Part shown: positions 9,568-18,843 of the stretch, piece by piece
Layout: each line of letters starts with the position of its first letter
Numbering within the stretch: the stretch's first letter is position 1
Assembly: GCF_008065095.1 (NCBI RefSeq)
Contig: NZ_CP042911.1
Location: 8,670,001 to 8,702,000, forward strand
Direction: 5' to 3'
Length of the DNA stretch: 32,000 nucleotides
DNA from: Gemmata obscuriglobus
GTDB taxonomy: Bacteria > Planctomycetota > Planctomycetia > Gemmatales > Gemmataceae
The notes under the pieces: model-generated
The model's database searches: none
What the model was told of the DNA's origin: nothing
The model's input: only the letters and a program-made list of their open reading frames with translations
Made by a program: the position numbers and the translations under genes

Positions 9568-10746
9568 ATGATCACGCTCCTACTGTTCGCCGTCGCGGTC
9601 GCGTGGGTCGGGCACGCATGCGTGTGGGTCGCGGTTCTGAACAACCTCTACGCCCGCCCGCTTCCGAAGGGGCCGCTCAAGGTGTGGCGGTTCGCCACCG
9701 GGGCCGCGATCCTCGCGTTCCCGTGGCTCGTGCTCGGCCCCCTTGGCCCGTACCCCCTCCTCGACCAACCGCACGAATCCGAGAAGGGGCCGCTCGAACG
9801 CGGGCTGCTCGCCTACGCGGTCGCGTGCCTCGCGTTCGGCGGGCTGGTGTTCCCGCTCGTCACGCTCCGCCGCGCGCTGCGGAAGCCGCCGGCTTGTGTC
9901 GTGAGCGAGCGCACGCGGACGCTGGACCTGTGGCCCGAACTCGGGGAGAAGCTCGTCGGCGACGGGAAGGGGCAGTCGGCGACCCGGCTGCCGGGCAACG
10001 GCGTGTTCAAGTTCGACTTCACGGAGCTGACGCTCGCACTGCCGGGCCTGCCGCCCGCGTGGGACGGCCTCACGATCCTGTTCGTGAGCGACGTCCACTT
10101 TCACGGCACCCCGAGCCGACTTTACTTCGAGCGTATCATTGACGAGCTGACCGCCGGGCCGGAGCCCGATCTGGTGTGCCTGGGCGGCGACTTCGTGGAC
10201 ACCGACACGCACCGCGCGTGGATCGGCCCGCTGCTCGGCCGGCTGCGTGCAAAAGAGACGAAGCTGGCAGTGCTGGGGAACCACGACCTGTACCACGACC
10301 CCGACCGCGTGCGCGCGGAACTGGCGGCGGCGGGCTACACGGTGCTCGGCAACGGGTGGCAGGAGGTTCGCGTCCGCGGGGTTCGGTGCGTTACCGTCGG
10401 CCACGAGGGTCCGTGGGTCCGACCCGGGCCGGATCTGAGTGGCGCCCCGCACCCCGGCGAGGCGTTCCGGCTCTGCGTGAGCCACACCCCGGACAACTTC
10501 TACTGGGGCGCGGCGCACGGGGTCGGTCTGATGCTGTCCGGGCACGTCCACGGCGGCGGAATCCGGGTGCCCGTCATCGGTTCGATCTTCGTGCCGAGTG
10601 TGTACGGCCGCCGGTTCGACTGCGGGGTGTTCGCCGAACGCGGCTCGGTGCTGGTGGTGGGCCGCGGGGTGAGCGGGAAGGAACCGCTGCGCGTCCGGTG
10701 CAACCCGCAGGCAATTCGTATCACGCTGGTGTCCGCCGCTTCCTGA
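9568..10746 (+). CDS. Membrane-anchored metallophosphoesterase (YkuE/YaeI-like)
   Basis: Three hydrophobic N-terminal segments, then LFVSDVHFHG, LGGDFVD, LGNHD, SGHVHGG. Confidence 0.8.
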   Translation: MITLLLFAVAVAWVGHACVWVAVLNNLYARPLPKGPLKVWRFATGAAILAFPWLVLGPLGPYPLLDQPHESEKGPLERGLLAYAVACLAFGGLVFPLVTLRRALRKPPACVVSERTRTLDLWPELGEKLVGDGKGQSATRLPGNGVFKFDFTELTLALPGLPPAWDGLTILFVSDVHFHGTPSRLYFERIIDELTAGPEPDLVCLGGDFVDTDTHRAWIGPLLGRLRAKETKLAVLGNHDLYHDPDRVRAELAAAGYTVLGNGWQEVRVRGVRCVTVGHEGPWVRPGPDLSGAPHPGEAFRLCVSHTPDNFYWGAAHGVGLMLSGHVHGGGIRVPVIGSIFVPSVYGRRFDCGVFAERGSVLVVGRGVSGKEPLRVRCNPQAIRITLVSAAS

Positions 10747-10758
10747 ACGAGAAACGCT

Positions 10759-12828
10759 ATGCGAACGCTCATCGCTGCGTCAGTGCTCACGGTCGTTGCC
10801 GGTGTCGCGGTGGTACCGGCAACGGGGCAACCCACGCCGGAGTCGCCCAAGCCTCATCGGTCGCCGTCCGAAGCCGAACTCGACGCGATGGTTTCGGACG
10901 CACGCAATGATTTTGGGGGGACCTACAAACTCGTTGCCCTCGGGCCGGCGGCGGTCCCGGCGCTCACGCGTGGGTTGTGGGGCGACACTGCGACGCGGCG
11001 CGCGTGCGTGGGGCTGCTGGCGCAGATCGGCCCGGACGCGCGTGCCGCCGCCCCGTCCCTGGTGCGGTTGCTCGGCGACGACGACCCGTCGGTGCGCGCA
11101 CCCGCCGCTCGCGCGCTCGGGGCGATTGGCGCGCACCGAGCGGTTCCGGCCCTCACCAAGCTGCTCGATGACCCGTCGGCCCTGGTCCGGCTGCGCGCGG
11201 CCGAGGCACTGATTGCCTTGGGCGCGAGTGCCGACACCGTCATTCCCGTACTGACAAAGGCGCTGAAAGCGGAACAGCCCGATGAGGCCCACGTCGCAGC
11301 GCGGTTGCTCGCCGATCTCGGCCCGGAGGCGGCCCCCGCGGTGCCCGCGATCATCGACCGCCTCGCCGATGCGAGCCCGCTCCTGACCGGCCTCCTGGCC
11401 GACGCGCTGGGGCGGATCGGCCCGGGGGCCAGGGACGCGCTACCTGCACTCCGCGCCAGAACGAAAGAGGGTACGGGCGCGGCCCTGTACCGCACGCAAG
11501 CCGCACTCGCGCTGTGGCGCGTCGATCGCGACCCGGCGGCCGTGGCGCTCTTACACGGGTCCGCCGGTACGAAGGAGGGCGTTTCGTCACTCGCCCCGCT
11601 GTGGCGCATCGACCGGTCCAAAGAAACGGTGGCGGTGCTTGAGCGGTGGCTCAAAGCCGAAGACTCGAGTGACGTGGTGCTCGCAGCCGAGACGCTCGGC
11701 ACGGCCTCCGACGCCGTGCTACCGGCGTTGCTGAGACTGCTGAAGGGCGACTCCACCGCCCGGGCGCTCGCGGTACCCGCGCTCGGCGAACTGGGGCCGG
11801 CCGCGCGGGACGCTCTGGAGCCGATCCGGCAGAACATGAACGCGCGGCGGAGCGGGGCGTGGGCCGAGGACTTCGTCGCGCTGTATCGCATCGCGCCCAC
11901 GCCAGCAGCGGTGCGGGCCATCACCGACTTGCTTGAGGACAAGGGCCGCGCCCGCGAGGCGGCCGAGGCGCTCAAAGAGCTGCGCCCCGCGGGGCTGGCG
12001 GTGGTCATCGAACTGCTCGCGGCGCTCGACGCGTCCGACGAACACGTGCGGTTCGCGTGCGCGGTCGCGCTGTGGCGCATCGAGCGGCACCCCCGGGCAC
12101 TGCCGGCCATGATCCGGCTGCTGCGATCCAACGAGCCCAGGATGCGAGAAGCGGTCGCGACCGACATCGGCCGTGAGTTCGGACCCGACGCGAAGGCGGC
12201 GGTGCCCGAACTGGTCAAGCGGTTGTTCGACCCGTTCGCGTCGGTTCGGGCGGCGAGCGCGGGCGCGCTCGGGCGCGTGGGACCGGACGCACGCGACGCC
12301 GTTCAGCCGCTGCTCGCGGTTCTCGACGGCGACGAGCCCGCGCTCGTCCAGGCCGCGGCGGTCGAAGCACTCGGGCTGATCCGCCCTGCCGACTCGGGGG
12401 AGGTGGTCGATGCCCTCAAGCGGAAGCTCAAGCACCCCGACGCGCTCGTCCGCGCGCAGGCGGCGCTCGCGCTGCTCCGCACAGCCGACGACCGGTCCGG
12501 CGAGAAGGAGCTGGAAGCGGCCCTGGAGTGGCGCGCCCACCAGGTGCGCATTACCGCGGCCGAGGCGGCATGGCTGCTCAACAAGGACGCCCGCGTCGTG
12601 CCCCTGCTCATTCGCGCCCTGGAGGAGTCCAACCTGGAAGGCACTCGCCGCGAGGGCGAACGGTGCATGGCGGCTCGGGCGCTCGGGCGCATCGGGGTCG
12701 ACGCCAAGGACTCCGCTCCCGAACTGGTGAAGCTGGTGAGCCACCGCGACGCGGCGCTGGCCGCCGCGGCCCGCGCCGCGCTGAAGGCGATCGACCCCGA
12801 GGCGGCGAAGCGGGCCGGGGTGAAGTAA
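10759..12828 (+). CDS. Secreted HEAT-repeat (PBS-lyase HEAT-like) protein
   Basis: Signal peptide MRTLIAASVLTVVAGVAVVPA. Many repeats of the pattern D..VR..AA.ALG.IGP.A..A.P.L...L.D. Confidence 0.75.
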   Translation: MRTLIAASVLTVVAGVAVVPATGQPTPESPKPHRSPSEAELDAMVSDARNDFGGTYKLVALGPAAVPALTRGLWGDTATRRACVGLLAQIGPDARAAAPSLVRLLGDDDPSVRAPAARALGAIGAHRAVPALTKLLDDPSALVRLRAAEALIALGASADTVIPVLTKALKAEQPDEAHVAARLLADLGPEAAPAVPAIIDRLADASPLLTGLLADALGRIGPGARDALPALRARTKEGTGAALYRTQAALALWRVDRDPAAVALLHGSAGTKEGVSSLAPLWRIDRSKETVAVLERWLKAEDSSDVVLAAETLGTASDAVLPALLRLLKGDSTARALAVPALGELGPAARDALEPIRQNMNARRSGAWAEDFVALYRIAPTPAAVRAITDLLEDKGRAREAAEALKELRPAGLAVVIELLAALDASDEHVRFACAVALWRIERHPRALPAMIRLLRSNEPRMREAVATDIGREFGPDAKAAVPELVKRLFDPFASVRAASAGALGRVGPDARDAVQPLLAVLDGDEPALVQAAAVEALGLIRPADSGEVVDALKRKLKHPDALVRAQAALALLRTADDRSGEKELEAALEWRAHQVRITAAEAAWLLNKDARVVPLLIRALEESNLEGTRREGERCMAARALGRIGVDAKDSAPELVKLVSHRDAALAAAARAALKAIDPEAAKRAGVK

Positions 12829-12849
12829 CGCCGCCCGACGGGTTCCAAT

Positions 12850-12961
12850 CGTTTCACGTTCCCGGTTCCAAGTTCCACGTAAAGCTCAAGGCGCACGAAT
12901 GGCTTGGGGCTTTTGCCGAGCCGGTTCCCAACTTGGAACCTGGAACCTGGAACTTGAAACG
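12850..12961. repeat. Imperfect 27-nt inverted repeat built from tandem GGAAC/GTTCC heptamers
   Basis: Left arm 12850-12876 is cgtttcacgttcccggttccaagttcc. The reverse complement of right arm 12935-12961 is cgtttcaagttccaggttccaggttcc (24 of 27 match). The right arm reads TGGAACC TGGAACC TGGAACT TGAAACG. Lies between the HEAT gene stop (12828) and the IMPase start. Confidence 0.8.
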
Positions 12962-12985
12962 ACTGCGTTCCGTATGATTTCTGGC

Positions 12986-13795
12986 ATGAGCACCGAACCC
13001 GACCGTTTGCGCGAGTACCTGTCCGTGGCGACCGAGGCCGCCCGCAAGGGTGGCGCGGAGCTGGAGCGCTGGCGCGCCAAGTTCTCCGTGAGGGAGAAGG
13101 GGCGCGCGGACCTCGTGACCGACGCGGATCACGCCTCACAGCAGATCGTTAAGGACATCCTGCTCGGCCGCTTCCCCGACCACGTCTTCATCGGCGAAGA
13201 AGAATCGGTCGGGAAGTCGCCCGGGGACGTGCGCCCGCCCGCCGACGCGCCGCCCGCGTGGGTCGTGGACCCGCTCGACGGCACCGCCAACTACGTCCAC
13301 GACGTCCCGGCCTACTGCGTCTCGATCGGGCTGTGGCACCAGGGGCGGGCCATCGTCGGGGTGATTTTCGACCCGCGGCAGAACGAGATGTTCACCGCGG
13401 CGCACGGCCTGGGGGCGTTCCTGAACGACCGGCCCATCCGCGTGAGCGCGGTGTCGGGCGTCGCGGACGGGATGCTGAGCACCGGGTTCCCGGCGAACTA
13501 CGAGAAGCAGATTCGCAACCTCGAGGCCTGGAAGAAGATCACCGCGCACGCGCAGTCGCTGCGGCGCAACGGCTCGACCGCCCTGAGCTTGGCCTACGTC
13601 GCGGTGGGCCGGTTCGACGGGTACTGGGCCTACGACAACTACCCGTGGGACGTGATGGCCGGGGCGGCGCTGATCGCCGAGGCGGGCGGGGTGCTGAGCG
13701 CCACGGACGGCACGCCGTTCGACCCGTACCGCCCGGACCTGGTCGCGGGCACGCCGGGGGTCCACCCCGAGCTGCTGCGGATTCTGTTAAGCTGA
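12986..13795 (+). CDS. suhB: Inositol monophosphatase family protein
   Basis: DLVTDADHASQ, FIGEEE, WVVDPLDGTANYVH, and WDVMAGAALIAEAGG at the C-terminus. ATG 12986 is preferred; ATG 12974 is possible. The ORF-track start at 12899 runs through the repeat and is unlikely. Confidence 0.85.
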   Translation: MSTEPDRLREYLSVATEAARKGGAELERWRAKFSVREKGRADLVTDADHASQQIVKDILLGRFPDHVFIGEEESVGKSPGDVRPPADAPPAWVVDPLDGTANYVHDVPAYCVSIGLWHQGRAIVGVIFDPRQNEMFTAAHGLGAFLNDRPIRVSAVSGVADGMLSTGFPANYEKQIRNLEAWKKITAHAQSLRRNGSTALSLAYVAVGRFDGYWAYDNYPWDVMAGAALIAEAGGVLSATDGTPFDPYRPDLVAGTPGVHPELLRILLS

Positions 13796-13805
13796 GCGCC
13801 GGTCG

Positions 13806-13933
13806 CACAGGGCTTCCGCCCTGTGCTACGCCCGCCGGCCCCTCCGGCGGCGGACCGGATATGACGCGCGCGGTGCGGACGGTTTTGCACCCCGGAGGGG
13901 TCGCCGGGCGTAGCACAGGGCGGAAGCCCTGTG
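13806..13933. repeat. REP/MITE-like palindromic element (perfect 29-nt inverted repeat, each arm itself a hairpin)
   Basis: 13806-13834 cacagggcttccgccctgtgctacgcccg equals the reverse complement of 13905-13933. Similarity continues to about 42 nt with 2 mismatches. Each arm contains CACAGGGC-TTCC-GCCCTGTG (8-bp stem). Sits between suhB-like stop 13795 and ABC-F start 13952. Confidence 0.85.
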
Positions 13934-13951
13934 TGGCATTGAGAGTTCCTT

Positions 13952-15877
13952 ATGCTCCTCCTGTCCTGCACGAATCTCTCTCGCGGGTACGGCGCCACGC
14001 CGCTGTTCGACGGCGTCGAGTTCGAGCTGCACGCCGGCGAGCGCGTCGGGTTCGTCGGCCCCAACGGGGCCGGCAAGACGACGCTCATGCGCATCCTCGC
14101 GGGCCTCGACGAGGCCGACTCCGGCAAGGTCACGCTCCACGCCGGCGCGCGCCTCGGGCTGCTGCTCCAGGTGGCCGAGTTCCCGACCGGCCGCACCCTC
14201 TTCGCCGAGGCCAAGAGCGCGTTCGACGAGCTGCTCGCCACCCAGCGGGAGTTCGAGCGCGTGGCCGAAGAACTCGCCGCGGCCACCGACGAGGCCCAGC
14301 ACCGCCAGCTCAGCGCGAAGTTCGACCGGCTCTCCGAACTGCTCCGCCACCACGACGCGTTCGAACTCGACCACAAGGTCGAAGGGGTGCTCGCGGGGCT
14401 GGGGTTCAAGGCGTCGGACTTCCCGCGCGACGCCAACACGTTCTCCGGCGGCCAGCAGCGCCGGCTCCTGCTCGCGAAGCTGCTGCTCTCGGCCCCGGAC
14501 GTGATGCTGCTCGACGAGCCGAGCAACCACCTCGACATCGCCACCACCCGGTGGCTCGAGAACTACCTCGCGCAGCAGCCCGAGGGGATGCTGGTGGTGA
14601 GCCACGACCGGTACTTCCTCGACAAGGTGACGAACAAGACGTTCGAGCTGCACGACCGCAAGATCACGAGCTTCCCGGGGAGCTTCAAGCAGTACGTCCG
14701 GCTCCGCGACGAGAAGTTCGAGCGCGAGCTGAAGGAGTTCGAGGCGCAGCGGGAGTACATCGAGAAGCAGGAGGAGTACATCCGCCGGGCGCACTACGGC
14801 CAGCTCGCGAAGCAAGCGCAGTCGCGCGCCAAGACGCTCGACAAGCTCGACCGGCTCGAGAAGCCCACGAAGGTGAGCGGCCCCGACATCGCGTTCAGCG
14901 AGGTGACGCGGTCTGGCGACGTGGTGTTCCACACCGAGGACCTGACCAAGCGGTTCGGCGCCCGGACCCTGTTCGAGAACCTGAACTTCGACCTGCCGCG
15001 CGGCAAGCGGCTCGGGATCGTGGGCGAGAACGGGTGCGGCAAAACGACCCTGTTGCGCATCCTGCTGGGCGACGAGCCGGCCACGAGCGGGCTGGTGCAG
15101 CGCGGGCACCTGGTGTTCCCGGGCTACCTCGACCAGCACCTCGCGATCCTCGACCCCGACAAGAGCGTGCTCCGCGCGGTGTGGCCGGACGACGACCCGC
15201 AGCAGACCGAGCAGAAGATGCGGGACCTGCTCGGGAGCTTCGGGCTGCACGGCGAGATCGTCGAGCACCCGATCAAGTCGCTGTCCGGCGGCGAGCGGTC
15301 CCGCGCCGCGCTCGCGAAGCTCACCGTGAACGGGGCGAACCTGCTCATCCTCGACGAGCCGACGAACCACCTCGACATCTGGGCGTGCGACTCGCTCGAG
15401 CAGGCGCTGAAGGCGTTCGAGGGCACGTGCATCGTGGTGAGCCACGACCGTTACTTCCTGAACCGGGTCGCGGACCTGCTGATCGTGTTCGACAACGGCA
15501 CCACGGAGGTGGTGTACGGGAACTACGACACCTACGAGCTGCTGCGCCAGGCGCGCGAGCAGGCGGAAAAGGCGAGCCCCGGGCGCAAGTCCGGGGGCGA
15601 CGACGCGTCCGCGCGCCGGACCGGAGGGGCTCCCGCGGGCGATACGAAGGCCGCGAAGCCGAAGCGCAAGTTCCCGTACCGCAAGGTTCCGGACATTGAG
15701 GCGGACATTGCGAAGACCGAGCAGAAGGTCGCGGACCTCGAAGCCGCGCTGCAAACGCCCGACGTGTACAAGGACGCGAACCGGCTGCGCGAAACGATGT
15801 CCGATCTGGAAAAGACGAAGGGCGCGCTCGCGCTGCTGTACCAGCACTGGGAAGAGGCCGTCGAGCTGAACGGCTGA
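13952..15877 (+). CDS. ABC-F family ATPase (Uup/YheS-like, two ABC domains plus C-terminal coiled coil)
   Basis: Two Walker A sites (GPNGAGKTT, GENGCGKTT), two signatures (FSGGQQRR, LSGGERSR), two Walker B sites (LLLDEPSNHLD, LILDEPTNHLD), an inter-domain linker and a Lys/Glu-rich C-terminus. No TM segments. Confidence 0.9.
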   Translation: MLLLSCTNLSRGYGATPLFDGVEFELHAGERVGFVGPNGAGKTTLMRILAGLDEADSGKVTLHAGARLGLLLQVAEFPTGRTLFAEAKSAFDELLATQREFERVAEELAAATDEAQHRQLSAKFDRLSELLRHHDAFELDHKVEGVLAGLGFKASDFPRDANTFSGGQQRRLLLAKLLLSAPDVMLLDEPSNHLDIATTRWLENYLAQQPEGMLVVSHDRYFLDKVTNKTFELHDRKITSFPGSFKQYVRLRDEKFERELKEFEAQREYIEKQEEYIRRAHYGQLAKQAQSRAKTLDKLDRLEKPTKVSGPDIAFSEVTRSGDVVFHTEDLTKRFGARTLFENLNFDLPRGKRLGIVGENGCGKTTLLRILLGDEPATSGLVQRGHLVFPGYLDQHLAILDPDKSVLRAVWPDDDPQQTEQKMRDLLGSFGLHGEIVEHPIKSLSGGERSRAALAKLTVNGANLLILDEPTNHLDIWACDSLEQALKAFEGTCIVVSHDRYFLNRVADLLIVFDNGTTEVVYGNYDTYELLRQAREQAEKASPGRKSGGDDASARRTGGAPAGDTKAAKPKRKFPYRKVPDIEADIAKTEQKVADLEAALQTPDVYKDANRLRETMSDLEKTKGALALLYQHWEEAVELNG

Positions 15878-16073
15878 TTCGGTCGGGGGGCGGGTGGGTT
15901 TCGATCACCGCGGGCGTCCCGTTCTCGGCGGGGCGCGAGCGGCGTTGATGAGTCGGCCGTATTTTCCTCGTGTTGCAGGGCGGTTGCGGGGCGGTCGTGG
16001 CACGGGCGCCGCGGTCGGTGCCAGAGTGAGCGCGCCGGGCGAACGTGATAAGGCGGCGCGACGCGTGATGGCC

Positions 16074-17546
16074 TCACGTCCCGCAGAACGTGCGGTAACC
16101 GCATTCGTCAACGGGGGGCGTCCGATACGCGGCGAACTCGTCCCGCTCCTCAAACGGTAACTTCAGCGCGCTCAACAGGTGGTTCAGCACCGTCAGGTCG
16201 TCTCTCTGCTCCGCTGCGGCCAGCGCCTCTTCCACTCGATGGTTCCGCGGGATGACCGCCGGGTTGACGCTCCGCATCAGCTCACGAGCCGGCGCTGCGG
16301 ACGGGCCGACCCGGTCCTGCCAGCGGGTGTACCAGGCCCGGAAGTCCGCGTCCTGATACCTCTCGCCGGTCGGCGGCCCGTCCGCGGACAGGTCGCGGAA
16401 CGTGTTGGTGAAGTCCGCCCGGGATTTCTGCATCCAGTCGAGCAGTCCCTGAACCAGTTCGGCGTCACCGCCCTCGTCGGTTTGCAGCCCGAGCTTCTTA
16501 CGCATTCCGGCGAGCCAGTACCCCTCGAACCGGGCCGGAAACTCGTTCAGCACCCCCATTGCGGCCGCAACGGCGGCCTCTGGGTCGGGGCCGATGAGGG
16601 TCAGGAGCGTCTCGGCGAACCGGGCCAAATTCCATTGCGCGATGTTGGGCTGGTTGCCGTAGGCGTACCGCCCCTCGCTGTCGATCGAGCTGAACACGGT
16701 GGCCGGGTCGTACGCGTTCATGAACGCGCACGGGCCGTAGTCGATCGTCTCCCCGGACACCGCCATGTTGTCGGTGTTCATCACCCCGTGGACGAACCCC
16801 ACGTGCTGCCACCGCGCCACGAGCGCGGCTTGGCGATCGGACACGGCGCGGAAGAACGCCAGATACTTCTGAGGCGCCTCGACCAGTTCCGGGTAGTGCC
16901 GGGCGATCGTGTAATCGGCCAGCGCCCGTAAGGTCGCCGGGTCGCGCCGCGCCGCGTACTCGAAGGTGCCGACCCGGATGTGGCTGGCCGCCACGCGCGT
17001 GAGGACCGCACCCTTTTGTGCCCCCGACCGGTAGACGGGCTCGCCGGTGGTCACGACCGCCAGGCTCCGCGTTGTGGGGACGCCCAGCGCGCTCATCGCC
17101 TCGCTGATGACGTACTCGCGGAGCATCGGCCCCAGCGCCGCCCGCCCGTCGCCGCCGCGGGAGAAGCGCGTCCGCCCCGATCCCTTGAACTGGATGTCCA
17201 CGAGCCGGCCGGCCGGCGTCCGGTGCTCGCCGAGCAGGATGGCACGGCCGTCCCCGAGCATGGTGAACCCGCCGTACTGGTGCCCCGCGTACGCCTGCGC
17301 GATCGGCCCGGCCCCGGGGGGCAGCTCTTGGCCCGCGAACAGGGCCGCGGCCGCGTCTGGTGAGATGGCGCGCAAATCGAGCCCCAGTTCGTCGGCCAAC
17401 TCGTGGTTCAGGAGCGCGATCCGCGGCGCCCGCACTTTTGCCGGCTGGGTCGGCGTGAAGAGGTCTTCAGGTAACCGCGCGTAGGTGTTATCGAACCGCC
17501 AGCCGGTGATTCCGTGTTCCGCAACCGTTGCCGTTGAAGTGGCCAT
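16074..17546 (-). CDS. selO: Protein adenylyltransferase SelO (YdiU/UPF0061)
   Basis: Typical family motifs FDNTYARLPEDLF, AQAYAGHQYGGF, LGDGRA, KGSGRT, DGRA, HGVMNTDNM, IDYGP, NQP.IA.WNL. Ends in FCGT. ATG 17546 (GAGGGA upstream) is preferred over the ORF-track start at 17570. Confidence 0.88.
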   Translation of the reverse strand: MATSTATVAEHGITGWRFDNTYARLPEDLFTPTQPAKVRAPRIALLNHELADELGLDLRAISPDAAAALFAGQELPPGAGPIAQAYAGHQYGGFTMLGDGRAILLGEHRTPAGRLVDIQFKGSGRTRFSRGGDGRAALGPMLREYVISEAMSALGVPTTRSLAVVTTGEPVYRSGAQKGAVLTRVAASHIRVGTFEYAARRDPATLRALADYTIARHYPELVEAPQKYLAFFRAVSDRQAALVARWQHVGFVHGVMNTDNMAVSGETIDYGPCAFMNAYDPATVFSSIDSEGRYAYGNQPNIAQWNLARFAETLLTLIGPDPEAAVAAAMGVLNEFPARFEGYWLAGMRKKLGLQTDEGGDAELVQGLLDWMQKSRADFTNTFRDLSADGPPTGERYQDADFRAWYTRWQDRVGPSAAPARELMRSVNPAVIPRNHRVEEALAAAEQRDDLTVLNHLLSALKLPFEERDEFAAYRTPPVDECGYRTFCGT

Positions 17547-17861
17547 CCGTTCCCTCTGCGAGACGCACAAACGTTCTCAATTATAGAGGGCGGGCGCCCG
17601 CAGGTTCCCCCCAACCGTGATTTGTGGGAAGAAGCGGTTTGGCACAGCTCACTTGCGGCTTCGGACGCGGTCGTGTTCGGCATCGGAACCCGCGACGAAC
17701 CGCCCGGCTCGTACCGCCAGACGGCGCATCCGAAGTCACTGCGCCGCGACCGGATTACCACCGTTCGGAAATCGGCGCTCATGGCCCGGTCGAGGGTGCT
17801 CACCGCCGGCGTTGCCTGATATAAGAGATTTGCGCCTCGTGCGCGTTTTCAAGGAGGGCGT

Positions 17862-18749
17862 ATGGACTGGGTCAGCCGCTTTCGTCGCACGTCCGATGAA
17901 CCGCTCGAGGCCCCCCGCACCCCGGAGGAGGTCGTCCTCCGGCTGCTCGCGGGCAACGCCCGGTTCGTTTGCGTTGCGGCCCCGCACGTGCCCGCCGGCA
18001 GCACCGTCCCTCCGACGGCGGCCGCCGCACCCGCTCCGGCGGCGCCGGTCCCGAAGCAGGCCCCGTTCTGCGCCGTCCTCGGGTGCTCGGACGCGCGGGT
18101 CCCGTCCGAACTCGTGTTCGAGGCCGGCCCGAACGAGCTGTTCGTGGTCCGGGTGGCCGGGAACGTGCTCGGGGACGAGTGCCTCGGGAGCCTCGAATAC
18201 GCGCTGCACAACTTCCGCGACTCGCTCCGGCTGCTGCTGGTGCTGGGGCACACCGGGTGCGGGGCGGTGACGGCGGCCGTGGACGCGTACCTGAACCCGA
18301 CCGGGCGCAACAGCACCGCCTTCACCCGGTCCCTCCGCGCGGTCGTCAATCACGTTCTGGTGGCGGTCCGCAGCGGGGCGCTGTCGCTGGAAGAGTGCTG
18401 GGGCGCCGGGGTGCAGTCCGAGCCGGGGTACCGCGACGCGCTGATCGAGATCAGCGTGTACCTGAACGCCGCCATGACCGCGTACCAGTTGCGCGAGGAG
18501 GTGCGCACGTCCGAGGAGTCGGGCACCCGGACGATGTTCGCCGTGTTCGACCTGGCCACCTGCCAGGTGATCGGCCCGGACCTCGACCCGGCCACCGACG
18601 ACACGGGCAAGCTCTCCCCTGCGCCAGCCGATCCGGACGAACTGATCGCACTGGGTCATCAGGTCGCGGCTTCTCCGATGGTGTCGCGGCACCTGTCGGA
18701 CGCGTTACGAGCCACACGTTACTCGGCCCCAGGGCCGGCTAACGTGTGA
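17862..18749 (+). CDS. Beta-class carbonic anhydrase-like protein
   Basis: LLAGNARF, zinc-ligand motifs GCSDARVP and GHTGCGAV. AAGGAGGG precedes ATG 17862. Confidence 0.75.
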   Translation: MDWVSRFRRTSDEPLEAPRTPEEVVLRLLAGNARFVCVAAPHVPAGSTVPPTAAAAPAPAAPVPKQAPFCAVLGCSDARVPSELVFEAGPNELFVVRVAGNVLGDECLGSLEYALHNFRDSLRLLLVLGHTGCGAVTAAVDAYLNPTGRNSTAFTRSLRAVVNHVLVAVRSGALSLEECWGAGVQSEPGYRDALIEISVYLNAAMTAYQLREEVRTSEESGTRTMFAVFDLATCQVIGPDLDPATDDTGKLSPAPADPDELIALGHQVAASPMVSRHLSDALRATRYSAPGPANV

Positions 18750-18750
18750 T

Positions 18751-18786
18751 GACCGATGCTGGCCGGCCTGCCAGTCAGCATCGGTC
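18751..18786 (+). terminator. Long hairpin immediately after the carbonic anhydrase stop (terminator-like)
   Basis: GACCGATGCTG (18751-18761) / CAGCATCGGTC (18776-18786) form an 11-bp perfect stem with a 14-nt loop. Downstream is only a weak T-rich tract (cgtcttcgcgtttgcggttttcg). Confidence 0.45.
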
Positions 18787-18843
18787 CGTCTTCGCGTTTG
18801 CGGTTTTCGCCGCCGCATTCAGAGTCTGTCCCATATGTGGTAA

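Noticed and set aside
8793-10142. 449-aa plus-strand ORF overlapping the dioxygenase-like gene and the metallophosphoesterase start
   Set aside because: It is antisense to, or out of frame with, genes that have clear family motifs and signal peptides. It is a shadow ORF.
10923-12218. 431-aa minus-strand ORF inside the HEAT-repeat gene
   Set aside because: Ser/Ala/Arg-rich antisense translation of Ala/Leu/Arg-rich HEAT repeats, with no independent support.
12935-12961. Tandem TGGAACC heptamers considered as a CRISPR or other spaced-repeat array
   Set aside because: The units are only 7 nt, directly adjacent without spacers, and there are only 3-4 copies. This is not a CRISPR architecture.
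13826-15847. 673-aa ORF antisense to the ABC-F gene
   Set aside because: This is a typical high-GC shadow ORF. It has no motifs and is very rich in Leu/Arg/Val/Glu, mirroring the sense codons. The sense strand carries unmistakable tandem ABC domains.
17862-18100. Ala/Pro-rich stretch (TVPPTAAAAPAPAAPVPKQAP) in the carbonic anhydrase N-terminus considered as an unusual insertion
   Set aside because: The distance between the GNxRF helix and the CSDxR motif is only slightly longer than in typical beta-CAs. This is probably just a low-complexity loop.
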